Below are positions 1-9,887 of a DNA stretch of 64,000 nt, piece after piece. Numbering within the stretch: the stretch's first letter is position 1; every line of letters begins with the position of its first letter. This stretch comes from Opitutaceae bacterium BACL24 MAG-120322-bin51. GTDB taxonomy: Bacteria > Verrucomicrobiota > Verrucomicrobiia > Opitutales > Coraliomargaritaceae. The notes beneath the pieces were generated by a model. It saw only the letters and a program-made list of their open reading frames with translations. It was not told the origin of the DNA and did no database searches. The stretch is from the NCBI GenBank assembly GCA_905182435.1, contig CAJJBN010000024.1, positions 4,332-68,331 of the forward strand, read 5' to 3'. The position numbers were made by a program, and so were the translations under genes.

Positions 1-1416
1 TTGTAGAGCTGCTTTTTCGGGGCATCGGCTTTAAGGGTTCCGTCTGCATTATAGTCGGAGTTGGTCTGCCCGAGTGCTGCATACCGGACGGCCCAGGTTG
101 CGGACTCCAGCGTTGTGATGCCGCAGGATCCCTGGTGCGGAATATAGACCCAATCGCCAGAACGCAGCGCCTGCCCGGTGATGCCGGTCATGTAGAGTTC
201 GGTACGGACCGCGTCAGTGGATTTGCCAGTGATCAGGTCGAGCTGATTCAACGCATCGGGCGAGGCCCCTTCCGGCGCTGTGATGCCGGCGGCAGCCCAA
301 GCCGTTTTTGAAATATCCATCAGAGCAATGAGCGGCTCAACCGTGGAGCCCGCCGGAATATGTCCGGGCCAGCGGACGATGAACGGAACCTGCATCCCAC
401 CTTCCCATACATCGGTTTTCTGCCCCAGCAGACCCAGGTTGGAATCCTGCCCTTGCTCCAGATATTCCTTATGAAAAATCGCACCGTTGTCGCTGGTGAA
501 GATGATCAATGTGTTATCCATCACCCCATGCTTTTCCAAAGTTTGGATAAGCCGCCCGATATACCAGTCCATCTGCTCAACACAATCGCCGTACCAACCG
601 ACTTTGGAGGTACCCCGAAACTGCTCCGAGGGATAGGTCGGCACGTGTGGCGCCACATAGGCCAGATTAATGAAGAAGGGTTGCTTACCGGCAACCTGAT
701 CAATAAACTCAATCGCCTTATCGGTTACGATCCGATCAATCTCCTTGACCGGGCGCGCCTCATGCGCTTTTTTCGCGCCAATACTCGCTCCCCATCCCCA
801 GTTCATCAGGCCCATGGCCTTGACGTCCTTTTGGAGAACGATCTTCAACGGATCGGCAGGATCGAGCCCGACCACATGGCGATCTTCCGCAAAAACATAC
901 GGCGGTTCATTGTGGGAGAAGGGGGTACCGAAATATTTATCGAAGCCCATCTCCAGCACACCGCGCGGCAGCTCGCTGTTCCAATCAATATCCTGACGGT
1001 GCTTGCGATCTTCCGACGGTTCGCCCCAGCCAGTGTGCACCTTGCCGAAATAACCGGTGGCATAGCCGTTGTCGCGAAACACGGACGCAATCGTCGGGCG
1101 GTCGGCCTTCGATAAGTGCCTCACCGTTCCAGCTGCGCGGATAGCGGTGGTAGTAGCGACCGGAAAGGATGGAGAAGCGTGATGGCGTGCAAACCGCGGC
1201 GGTTGAATGCGCATCCGTTGCGCGCACCCCTTCCGCTGCCAGCCGGTCAATGTTTGGCGTTTTAAGCCATTTTGAGCCATAGCAGCCGACATCGCCAATG
1301 CCCATATCGTCGGCAATAATCAACAGCACATTCAGCGGAGCTGGTTGTTGTGCATGGCTGGCGGTGGCTGTGGCGGCAAGCCCAGCCATTAACAGTGTAA
1401 TAAATTTAAGCTTCAT
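1..1416 (-). CDS. Secreted Cys-type (formylglycine-dependent) sulfatase, 3' end runs off the window; one apparent +1 frameshift at ~1107
   Basis: Signal peptide MKLKFITLLMAGLAATATASHA, then LLIIADDMG and the CTPSR motif. Removing one G at ~1107 continues the frame into GYATGYFGKVH...APHVP...IIFTSDNG...GQKTDVWEGGMQVPFIVRWPG, open to position 1. Confidence 0.9.
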
Positions 1417-2797
1417 TTGGTGTGGTGTCATCAGGTGTTTCCTCGGGGTGTAATTGTTTCTGGATCTCAAGGACCCGTTCTTCAGTCAGTGGGTAAAAAG
1501 CGACCAGCAGCGCGGCCAGGCCGACGAAGCCCATCGGCACGAACATATACAGCAGGCGCATATTGGTGATCACGGCTTCAGGCTGCACCTCGACCGCGGC
1601 ATCGAAGCCCGACCAAGAAAGCATGTAGCCGCTGAGAATCATAGTCAGCGAGATACCGGTCTGAGTGGCCCAGCTGTAGGAGCCACCAAACATACCTTCG
1701 CGCCTGCGGCCGGTTTTGAGCTCATCCATATCACAAATATCGGCAACCATCGACGAGGCGATGATCGGCATGCAAGACATACCCGGTGCCGCGAGCGCCA
1801 TTGTAATCAGCTGTAACCACGGATGGTCCGGGGTGTAGAGCCACCAACTGGTGCCAGAGGCGACCACCATCATCAGCAAGCAACCGATCAATGTCGCCTT
1901 CTTTCCCACACGGGTGGCCACATATGAGATCACCGGAACCGAGCCAAGACCTACGGCCCCGAAGGCAAATTTGCCATACATATTGAGACTCGCCGCGCCT
2001 TCCTTATCGCCTCCGAAGACATAGCACGTGTTGATGTAGAGCGGGAAACTGTTGACCATGAAGATGCCGAGCATCAGGCAGACCGTGACCGCGATCAGCA
2101 GTAAGAAGACCTTGTTGGAAAACGTGGCTTTAATCGCCGGCCAAAATTTAATTTTATCCTGGTCATGTGCCAGATTCTCACGGCAAAAGATCGCGGGCAA
2201 TACACCGAACACTAAGATGAGCGCGCCAAAGGCCAGCCCGACGTAACGCACGCCGACCACATCGTCGCCACCGCCCCACTTCAGAGCGAGCACCCACATG
2301 GTGCCCAATCCGAGCCCGCCGATCGCATGAAAATAGACGCGATAGACCTGCACCCGCGTTCGCTCATTGTAGTCGGTGGTGAGCTCCAGCCCCATCGCCC
2401 CCCACGGGACAATGAAGATGGTGTAGGCGGTATAGTAAAGAAACACCATCACCAAGAAATACCAGCCGATGGCGGTCGGGGACCAGCCGGTCGGCGGAGA
2501 CCAGATCAGCGCAAACATGACCGCACAAAGAACGGCTCCAATCAGAATGAATGGACGACGGCGGCCAAAACGCGTACGGGTGTTGTCGGAAATGTTACCC
2601 ATCAACGGGTCCGAAATCGCATCCCAAACACGCGGCAGACCAAGCGCCCAACCGAGCATGCGCGGATCGACGCCGAGCCCCATGTTGTAGATTGGAAACG
2701 CCAGGTAGCTAAACGCGTTGGTCATATAGACATCGGCGATCGAGCCGATGGCCCAGGCGGATTTCTTACTGCGTGGTAATTTTTTAGAATCACTCAT
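1406..2797 (-). CDS. MFS transporter, GPH (MelB/XynP-like) glycoside-pentoside-hexuronide:cation symporter, copy 2
   Basis: 463 aa with about 12 hydrophobic segments; motifs DAISDPLMGNISDNTRTRFGRRRPF, ELTTDYNERTR and MVADICDMDELKTGRRREG. Confidence 0.92.
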   Translation of the reverse strand: MSDSKKLPRSKKSAWAIGSIADVYMTNAFSYLAFPIYNMGLGVDPRMLGWALGLPRVWDAISDPLMGNISDNTRTRFGRRRPFILIGAVLCAVMFALIWSPPTGWSPTAIGWYFLVMVFLYYTAYTIFIVPWGAMGLELTTDYNERTRVQVYRVYFHAIGGLGLGTMWVLALKWGGGDDVVGVRYVGLAFGALILVFGVLPAIFCRENLAHDQDKIKFWPAIKATFSNKVFLLLIAVTVCLMLGIFMVNSFPLYINTCYVFGGDKEGAASLNMYGKFAFGAVGLGSVPVISYVATRVGKKATLIGCLLMMVVASGTSWWLYTPDHPWLQLITMALAAPGMSCMPIIASSMVADICDMDELKTGRRREGMFGGSYSWATQTGISLTMILSGYMLSWSGFDAAVEVQPEAVITNMRLLYMFVPMGFVGLAALLVAFYPLTEERVLEIQKQLHPEETPDDTTPNEA

Positions 2798-2846
2798 TTG
2801 TTCAATTCACGCTTAGCTTCCTGCAGGGCATCGAGCATATAGGCGC
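2794..2846 (-). pseudogene. Orphan 3' fragment of the GH5-like gene carried by the transporter duplication
   Basis: Nearly identical to 4268-4320; encodes AYMLDALQEAKRELNK* versus AYMLDALQEANRELNK*. Confidence 0.85.
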
Positions 2847-2894
2847 CGCAGCGAAACTGCACAAAGCGAACTCGGCCATTAGTAAAATCATCCA

Positions 2895-4271
2895 TTAGTT
2901 GTCATCAGGTGTTTCCTCGGGGTGTAATTGTTTTTGAATCTCAAGGACTCGTTCTTCAGATAGCGGGTAAAAAATGAGCAGTCCCGCGGCCAGAGCGAGG
3001 AAGCCCATCGGCACGAACATATACAGCAGGCGCATATTGGTGATCACGGCTTCAGGTTGCACCTCGACCGCGGCATCGAAGCCCGACCAAGAAAGCATGT
3101 AGCCGCCGAGAACCATAGTCAGCGAGATGCCGGCCTTGCAGGCCCAGCTGTAGGAGGCGCCATACATGCCTTCGCGACGGCGACCCGTTTTGAGCTCATC
3201 CATATCGCAGATGTCGGCCACCATCGACGAAGCAATCATCCACATGCAGGCCAAACCCGGCGCCGCAAGGGCCAGCGTAATCAGCTGCAACCACGGATTG
3301 TCCGGGGTGTAGCACCACCAACTCGTACCATAGGCGACTACCACCATCAGCAAGCCACCGATCAAGGTCGCCTTCTTACCCACACGGGTGGCGATATAGG
3401 AGATCACCGGAATCAAGCCGACCCCTGCGCCCTGGAAGGCAAAGCCGGCAATCATTTGGAGAAACGCCACCCCCTCCTTATCCCCATCAAATACGTAATA
3501 GGTATTGATGTAGAGCGCGAAGCTGTTGACCATGAAGATGCCGAGGAACACGCAGACCGTGACCGCGATCAGCAGTAAGAAGACGGTGTTGGAAAACGTG
3601 GCTTTAATCGCCGGCCAAAATTTAATTTTGTCCTGATCATGGGCCAGATTCTCACGGCAAAAGATCGCGGGCAATACTCCGCAGACTAAGATAAGAGCGG
3701 CAAAGGCCAGCCCGACGTAGCGCACACCGACCACGTCGTTGCCACCACCCCACTTCAGAGCCAACCACCACATAGCGCTCAACCCGAACGCGCCGACCCC
3801 CTGAAAAAAGGTGCGATAGGCCTGCACCCGCGTTCGCTCATTATAGTCGGTGGTGAGCTCCAGCCCCATCGCCCCCCACGGCACCACGAAGATGGTGTAG
3901 GCGGTATAGTAAATAAACACCAACGCCATGAAATACCAACCGATGGCCGTGGGGCTCCAACCCGTGGGAGGGCTCCAGATCAAGGCAAACATGATTGCAC
4001 AGAGAATCGCACCGATCAAAATATACGGACGACGGCGACCAAAGCGTGTGCGGGTATTATCGGAAAAGTTACCCATCAACGGGTCCGAAATCGCATCCCA
4101 GATGCGCGGCAGACCAAGCGCCCAACCGAGCATGCGCGGATCGACGCCGAGCCCCATATTGTAGATCGGGAAGGCCAGATAGTTCAGCGCGTTGGCCATG
4201 TAGACATCCGCGATCGAGCCGATGGCCCAGGCGGATTTCTTACTGCGTGGTAATTTTTTAGAATCACTCAT
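2895..4271 (-). CDS. MFS transporter, GPH family sugar symporter, copy 1
   Basis: 458 aa with the same GPH motifs; close paralogue of 1406-2797; ATGA overlap with the upstream GH gene. Confidence 0.92.
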   Translation of the reverse strand: MSDSKKLPRSKKSAWAIGSIADVYMANALNYLAFPIYNMGLGVDPRMLGWALGLPRIWDAISDPLMGNFSDNTRTRFGRRRPYILIGAILCAIMFALIWSPPTGWSPTAIGWYFMALVFIYYTAYTIFVVPWGAMGLELTTDYNERTRVQAYRTFFQGVGAFGLSAMWWLALKWGGGNDVVGVRYVGLAFAALILVCGVLPAIFCRENLAHDQDKIKFWPAIKATFSNTVFLLLIAVTVCVFLGIFMVNSFALYINTYYVFDGDKEGVAFLQMIAGFAFQGAGVGLIPVISYIATRVGKKATLIGGLLMVVVAYGTSWWCYTPDNPWLQLITLALAAPGLACMWMIASSMVADICDMDELKTGRRREGMYGASYSWACKAGISLTMVLGGYMLSWSGFDAAVEVQPEAVITNMRLLYMFVPMGFLALAAGLLIFYPLSEERVLEIQKQLHPEETPDDN

Positions 4272-5494
4272 TTGTTCAATTCACGGTTAGCTTCCTGCAA
4301 GGCATCGAGCATGTAGGCGCGGTGATTGTCCTCGGTAACATTCCATTTACCTTGGTCGACGTGTTTAAAATCGAAGTTCCACAGAGCGGACATCGGCACC
4401 TCGTTGGTCACCATCAGATTGAGCAGGAATTCAAACTGGCGGCGCTCCTCCTCGAGCGTCTTATCTTTTGTCCCTGGGCCAAACTCACCGACAAATAACG
4501 GTTTTTTTACGCGTTTGGAGATTTCCATCATGAAGGACATCTGTTCTGCTGGCCCGTACTCCATATAGCCGACGTCGTGGTGTTGATCATTCAGCGAGAA
4601 ATAATAGTAGTGGGCGGAAAGCCCGTCCATCGAGGCGTTGTCCTGCAGGAACATTTCTTCCCACTGCGCTAGGCTGTCAGCTGTCCAACTTCCCTCATGG
4701 AAATTGTGGTATGCCGACGGGCGCGGCAGCGCGTCGCCAGAGAGTATCGGACGGGTCGAATCGATGGCACGGACGGTTTCGGCAAAGGCTTTATATGCGA
4801 CGTAGATATTTTTGCGGTACATCTTGTCTTTGATCGTTCGGGTTTTCGCCAAACCCAGTGGTGGTTTGGGAAAATGATCGGGTTCCGTCCAACCTCTGCC
4901 GTGCTCTTCACCCGGGATATCGGAGTCATGGATCCATTCATTGCCGAACTCCCACGCCCAGATAGCCGGGGAATCTTTATAGCGGCTGACCAATTCAGTG
5001 GTGAATTCACGCATGAACGCATGGGTTTTGCTATCAGGATTCCCCCACTGGTCGATCGATTCGCCGACGAGATCCGGAACTGTCGGAAAATACCAGAACA
5101 GGCATGGAACCAGGCCGATATCCAACCGTTCCGCATCAGCAACCAGCATATCAAAGGCCTTAAAGTATTCTTCCCGATGATTCAAATACACATCAGTGTC
5201 CTTCGGGTAAAAACCATTGGCACCAAAACGAATGAACGGAATATCGTGCTGTGCCAGGGTTTCAAGTCCTTCGCGATACGATGTGTCCGACAGGTTAGAG
5301 GGATGCCCTTCGATTCCGAGTTTACGCTGCAGGACAGTGTAGAAATTGATCCCAACCCCCTTAAACGCCTGCCCGTCCTTATAAAACTGCCCGTCCTGCA
5401 CCGTCAACCCCGGGGGATTGGAAGCACAGCCCACGAGAGCCGCAGAACCTGAAACAACAACAGCAAATATCGAATACCGAAGGAATCCCTTCAT
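4268..5494 (-). CDS. GH5-like (clan GH-A, cellulase-family) glycoside hydrolase, probable lipoprotein
   Basis: Probable start MKGFLRYSIFAVVVSGSAALVG-C (lipobox); acid/base motif WEFGNEW; nucleophile motif LFVGEFG; RYKDSPAIWAWE. The ORF track starts earlier, at 5566, inside a tandem repeat. Confidence 0.8.
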   Translation of the reverse strand: MKGFLRYSIFAVVVSGSAALVGCASNPPGLTVQDGQFYKDGQAFKGVGINFYTVLQRKLGIEGHPSNLSDTSYREGLETLAQHDIPFIRFGANGFYPKDTDVYLNHREEYFKAFDMLVADAERLDIGLVPCLFWYFPTVPDLVGESIDQWGNPDSKTHAFMREFTTELVSRYKDSPAIWAWEFGNEWIHDSDIPGEEHGRGWTEPDHFPKPPLGLAKTRTIKDKMYRKNIYVAYKAFAETVRAIDSTRPILSGDALPRPSAYHNFHEGSWTADSLAQWEEMFLQDNASMDGLSAHYYYFSLNDQHHDVGYMEYGPAEQMSFMMEISKRVKKPLFVGEFGPGTKDKTLEEERRQFEFLLNLMVTNEVPMSALWNFDFKHVDQGKWNVTEDNHRAYMLDALQEANRELNK

Positions 5495-5530
5495 ATTGCG
5501 ACCCACCTGATGACTAAACTTAAACATTCG

Positions 5531-5591
5531 AGATTCCTTTTTCATTATTTGAGATTCCTTTTTCATTATTTAAAATTCCTTTTTCATTATT
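5531..5591. repeat. 3 x 21-bp tandem repeat (ATTCCTTTTTCATTATT core) between GH genes
   Basis: ATTCC cores at 5533, 5554 and 5575 (period 21). The third unit contains the stop codon of 5587-6756. Confidence 0.9.
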
Positions 5592-6756
5592 CGGCAGTCT
5601 CAAGTCCGCGACTAAAGCCCTTATTCAATACCTTGACCACATCCAGCATATAGGCCCGCTCGTTGCTCGGCGAAATATCCCAATCAGCCTGAAACGTACC
5701 GGTCGGCTTAAAATTCCAGATTGCTGAGAGGGCGATTTCGTTTTGCACGACCGAACGCATCATCCGGATAAACATTTCACGCGCCGCCTCATCGCTTCCC
5801 GGCATGCCGAGCTCACCACACCAGACCACTTTGTTGTCGGATCGAGAGATTTTAACGACTTCTGCAACAAAGTCTTCAATCGACAGATCCTTGTTCTCGA
5901 AATAGCTCATTTCCGCTTCGGCATAGAGATGGAACGACGCCACCTCATAACAGTCCGGCGTATCGGCGAGAAACACCTCCGCCCATTGTTCCCTGGTGCC
6001 CTGGCCCCACTTATCTTCGTTGCGATTGTGCCAGGCCGACGGGCGAGCGATGGAATCACCGGTCACGATGATGCGATCGGGATCCATCTCCCGCACGGTT
6101 GCATAAAAGTCCTCGTAAGTATCCAGCAGCATCGGCCGTAGCAACTTATCTGCCGCCGTGCGCGGTTCCTTTGAGCCAATCTTATTCCTCGGCAAATGAG
6201 CCAGCTTCGGCAGGTCGGCAGTGAGCATCCATTCGTTGCCCACTTCCCAGCCCCAGATCGCGGGTGAATCTTTATAGCGCCCAACGATATCACGAATATA
6301 TTGGCGCATAAACGCTCGGCACTTGCTGTCCGGGTCGCCCAGTGCGCTAACCGGCTCCCCCTGCAAATCGGGCATAGTCACCACATACCAGAAGAGCGAT
6401 GGAATCAGTCCAATCCCCTGCTCCTCCGCATGCTTCACCAGCACATCGAAGCGGCGCAGATATTCTTCGGGGTCCTCTACATACAGCTTCCATTGGGTAT
6501 GCGCATACGGCCCGGCCGAAAAGCGAATAAACGGTATCCCGTAATCCTGTTTTAAAATCCGGAATCCCTCCGCGACCTCCAAGGTTTCAGGATCTTTCAG
6601 CACATCATACCAAGCGCTGCTATAGTTGATGCCCATCGCACGGAATTCCGAGCCGTTGCGCATCAGTTTCCCGTCCTGCACCGTCAGGCCCAGCGATGGC
6701 TCAGCCATACAGGCTGCACACATGCAGAGTAAGCCGATGAGTAAAAGTGTTTTCAC
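5587..6756 (-). CDS. GH5-like (clan GH-A) glycoside hydrolase with signal peptide
   Basis: WEVGNEW and WCGELG motifs; GTG start overlapping the upstream TGA (GTGA); close paralogue of 6753-7949. Confidence 0.82.
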   Translation of the reverse strand: MKTLLLIGLLCMCAACMAEPSLGLTVQDGKLMRNGSEFRAMGINYSSAWYDVLKDPETLEVAEGFRILKQDYGIPFIRFSAGPYAHTQWKLYVEDPEEYLRRFDVLVKHAEEQGIGLIPSLFWYVVTMPDLQGEPVSALGDPDSKCRAFMRQYIRDIVGRYKDSPAIWGWEVGNEWMLTADLPKLAHLPRNKIGSKEPRTAADKLLRPMLLDTYEDFYATVREMDPDRIIVTGDSIARPSAWHNRNEDKWGQGTREQWAEVFLADTPDCYEVASFHLYAEAEMSYFENKDLSIEDFVAEVVKISRSDNKVVWCGELGMPGSDEAAREMFIRMMRSVVQNEIALSAIWNFKPTGTFQADWDISPSNERAYMLDVVKVLNKGFSRGLETAE

Positions 6757-7949
6757 TTCCAATCTCCAATCGCAAAGCGTTCATTCAATGCCTTGACCGC
6801 ATCGAGCATATAGGCCCGCTCGTTGCTCGGCGAAATATCCCAATCAGCCTGAAACTTCCCTTGCGGCTTGAAGTTCCAGATGGCGGAAATCTCAATTTCG
6901 TTTTGCTCGACCGCATGCATCATGCGGGAAAACATTTGACTCGCCGCCTCATCACTTCCCGGCATGCCGAGTTCTCCGCACCAGACCACTTTATTGTCAG
7001 ATCGAGAGATTCCAACGACTTCTGTCACAAAGTCTTCAATCGGCAGATCCTTATTCTCGAAATAGCTCATTTCCGCTTCGGCATAGAGATGGAACGATGC
7101 CACCTCATAACAGTCCGGCGTATCGGCGCGAAACACCTCCGCCCATTGTGCTTGGCTGTCCTGGCCCCACTTATCTTCGTTGCGGTTGTGCCAGGCCGAC
7201 GGGCGAGCGATGGAATCACCGGTCACGATGATGCGATCGGGATCCATCTCCCGCACGGTTGCATAAAAATCCTCGTAGGCATCGAGCAGCATCGGACGCA
7301 GCAACTTGTCCGCCGCGGTGCGCGCTTCCTTTGAGCCAATCTTTTTCGGCGGCAAATGAGCCAGCCCCGGCAGGTCGACAAACAGCATCCATTCATTGCC
7401 GACTTCCCAGCCCCAGATCGCGGGTGAATCTTTATAACGCCCAACGACATCACGAATATATTGACGCATAAACGCTCGGCACTTGCTGTCCGAGTCGCCC
7501 AGCGCACTGAGCGGCTCGCCCTGCAAATCGGGCATGGTGCTAACAAACCAGAACAGCGATGGAATCAGTCCAATCCCCTGCTCCTCCGCATGCTTCACCA
7601 GCACATCGAAGCGGCGCAGATATTCTTCGGGGTCCTCCACATACAGCTTCCAGCCGGTATGCGCAAACGGCCCAGCGGAAAAACGAATAAACGGAATCCC
7701 GTAATCCTGTTTTAAAATCCGGAATCCCTCCGCGACCTCCAACGTTTCAGGATCTTTCAGCACATCATACCAAGCGGTATTATAGTTAATGCCCATCGCA
7801 CGAAATTCCGAGCCGTTGCGCATCAGCGCACCGTCTTCTACGTAAAGCCCGGGTTTACTGGCAGTCGAACGGCAGCCGACAGTGATCACACAGCAGAGCG
7901 CCAGCAGGCACAGCACGCTTCGATTCAATTGTTTTTGGTTCAATAACAT
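6753..7949 (-). CDS. GH5-like (clan GH-A) glycoside hydrolase, probable lipoprotein
   Basis: Lipobox ...CVITVG-C; WEVGNEW and WCGELG motifs. Confidence 0.82.
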   Translation of the reverse strand: MLLNQKQLNRSVLCLLALCCVITVGCRSTASKPGLYVEDGALMRNGSEFRAMGINYNTAWYDVLKDPETLEVAEGFRILKQDYGIPFIRFSAGPFAHTGWKLYVEDPEEYLRRFDVLVKHAEEQGIGLIPSLFWFVSTMPDLQGEPLSALGDSDSKCRAFMRQYIRDVVGRYKDSPAIWGWEVGNEWMLFVDLPGLAHLPPKKIGSKEARTAADKLLRPMLLDAYEDFYATVREMDPDRIIVTGDSIARPSAWHNRNEDKWGQDSQAQWAEVFRADTPDCYEVASFHLYAEAEMSYFENKDLPIEDFVTEVVGISRSDNKVVWCGELGMPGSDEAASQMFSRMMHAVEQNEIEISAIWNFKPQGKFQADWDISPSNERAYMLDAVKALNERFAIGDWK

Positions 7950-7959
7950 AATAAGGTAT

Positions 7960-8730
7960 TTATTCAGTGATGTTGATTAATTTTTGACGCCCCAACCTGG
8001 TTTGCAGGCGGGCGTCCTCATGGCTCACCGATTCGACATGCAGATCAGCAAACAACATATTGCAAGTGGTTCCATCTAGCGATCCCCTGACCGGGTGACG
8101 AAACGCGATGCCTTCGTTCTTGGTTTCCGATGCGGTGTCCGGGATCGACTGGTTGATAAAGACCCCCGAATTCAGCGACCCCCATGTATTATTCAAGTGG
8201 GGGTTGCCCGCGCTAGCGACCTCCATGACGGCGACGGTTTGTGCCAAATTCACAACGTTGATCGGCTTGTTCAAGCGTTTGCCACTGGCAGGGCCCTGCG
8301 GAGCGCCGCTGGTGGTAGCGCGATTGGCAAAAAGCACCGGATTGGCTCCATAGTCGATCTGCCCCCATCCTTTCTGGTCGGCATATTCACTGCACGCCGG
8401 GCAATACCACCACGCTTGGTTGCGCATATTACCGAGAGACGCGCCAGCCTTCCAAGGAAGGCCATAGTCCGCAAGTTGCGTAAACCATAACCCCCGCTCT
8501 TCGGAAGCCCCCCATGCTTCCACCACGGCGGGAAAAGCGCCTTTATGATCGGACTGATAGAGCCCAAGCCCAGCCCCGATTTGACGTAAATTATTCAGAC
8601 AAGTCGCCTCATCAGCCTTTTGGCGGACGTTGCCTATCACAGGGATGAGTATGGCAGCCAAGATAGCGATCACTGCAATGACAGTGAGCAGTTCAATCAG
8701 GGTAAAAGCCGAGTTGCGTGAACGATTCAT
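7960..8730 (-). CDS. Prepilin-type N-terminal cleavage/methylation protein with C-terminal H-X9-DG-like motif (PVC DUF1559-like)
   Basis: AFTLIELLTVIAVIAILAAILIP; C.NNLRQIG; C-terminal FRH...CNMLFADLHVES. Confidence 0.88.
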   Translation of the reverse strand: MNRSRNSAFTLIELLTVIAVIAILAAILIPVIGNVRQKADEATCLNNLRQIGAGLGLYQSDHKGAFPAVVEAWGASEERGLWFTQLADYGLPWKAGASLGNMRNQAWWYCPACSEYADQKGWGQIDYGANPVLFANRATTSGAPQGPASGKRLNKPINVVNLAQTVAVMEVASAGNPHLNNTWGSLNSGVFINQSIPDTASETKNEGIAFRHPVRGSLDGTTCNMLFADLHVESVSHEDARLQTRLGRQKLINITE

Positions 8731-8886
8731 ATTTAATATGATTGCGCAATGTTACAATGATCGCAAGTTCAATCTCACACCTCGGGTGTTTTTTTACTTT
8801 CATCTAAAGCGACTCACGAGGGCACTTCCCCGAGGTCTGAGCAGAGTCCACTGCGCCTCAAATGTCCCGCACGTATCAACCTAAGT

Positions 8887-9049
8887 TCAGAGGCCAGAGA
8901 TCAGAGAGCAGAGGCCAGAACTGCGCAGCTCGCAGAGCGAAGCATGGGAGAATAGAGGTCAGCCACTGACAGTGACCAACTCTGCCCTCTGCCCTCTGCC
9001 CTCTGCCCTCTGCCCTCTGCCCTCTGCCCTCTGCCCTCTGCCCTCTGTC
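8887..9049. repeat. Heptamer repeats in inverted arrangement: 5 degenerate NCAGARR units, then (CTCTGCC)x9 plus one degenerate unit
   Basis: Units at 8887-8921 are complementary to the perfect CTCTGCC array at 8980-9042. Confidence 0.9.
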
Positions 9050-9062
9050 TTATTGGTATCAA

Positions 9063-9887
9063 TCATCCACGCCGTGCCCGCAGCACTTGATCAAAAAACC
9101 TGAAGCTCTCGGCAAGATGCTCCTGCCAATACGGCCACTCATGACCGCCCAGATGTTCCACATATTCAAACGACACACCCGCCTCGGTTAAAGCATGCGC
9201 CAACACGCGGTTGTGCTCGATCAACAGATCATCGACCCCGCAATCGAATCGAAACGGCCGCAAGGGTTCACGCTGCCCCAGGATCGTCGCCAATACGGCT
9301 TGCGCATCAGGATCATGCCGATACGCAGATAAATCCTCCTCTACAAACAGTGCCATCTGCTCGACTGCGGTGATCGATGAATGCCCGGCAAACGCAGCAA
9401 AACGCCGAGGATACTTTGCCCCGATGCGCAGCGCACCGAAGCCACCCATTGATAGGCCTGCGATACAATGCGGCGCGTCCAGTGCATTGCCCGTCGCGAC
9501 ATGCACCGCCTGCGGCACGTCCTGCACGATCCATTGCTCAAAATCCTGACTGATATGCGGCACATAGCCACTGCCGTCGCCCCACAGCCCATCCGAGGGC
9601 ATCGCCACAATCATCGGTTCAATGGCTCCTTCGTCGATCAGACGCTGCAAGGTCACGTGCGCCTGCCCCTTCAAGGCCCAGGCCCAATGACTGCCATACA
9701 CGCCATGCAGCAGAATGACGACCGGCACATCGGCACGGCCCTTCGCCTGATCAGGCACATACAGAGTCAAATCAGCACGGCCTTTCAACGCCGGGCTCTT
9801 GACCGTCATCATTTGCAGTGTGCCCACCGAGGTCGGCACAGTTGCTACATCAGTGGTGCGAAAAGTGTTCTGTTCTGAATCCCCCAT
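9063..9887 (-). CDS. Alpha/beta-hydrolase esterase (S-formylglutathione hydrolase / tributyrin esterase-like)
   Basis: LLHGVYG, nucleophile GLSMGG, FDCGVDD, GGHEWPYW. Probable start MGDSEQNTFRTT (ATG at 9887). Confidence 0.88.
   Translation of the reverse strand: MGDSEQNTFRTTDVATVPTSVGTLQMMTVKSPALKGRADLTLYVPDQAKGRADVPVVILLHGVYGSHWAWALKGQAHVTLQRLIDEGAIEPMIVAMPSDGLWGDGSGYVPHISQDFEQWIVQDVPQAVHVATGNALDAPHCIAGLSMGGFGALRIGAKYPRRFAAFAGHSSITAVEQMALFVEEDLSAYRHDPDAQAVLATILGQREPLRPFRFDCGVDDLLIEHNRVLAHALTEAGVSFEYVEHLGGHEWPYWQEHLAESFRFFDQVLRARRG

Noticed and set aside
360-1115. 251-aa plus-strand ORF
   Set aside because: Antisense shadow of the frameshifted sulfatase, whose motifs are clear on the minus strand.
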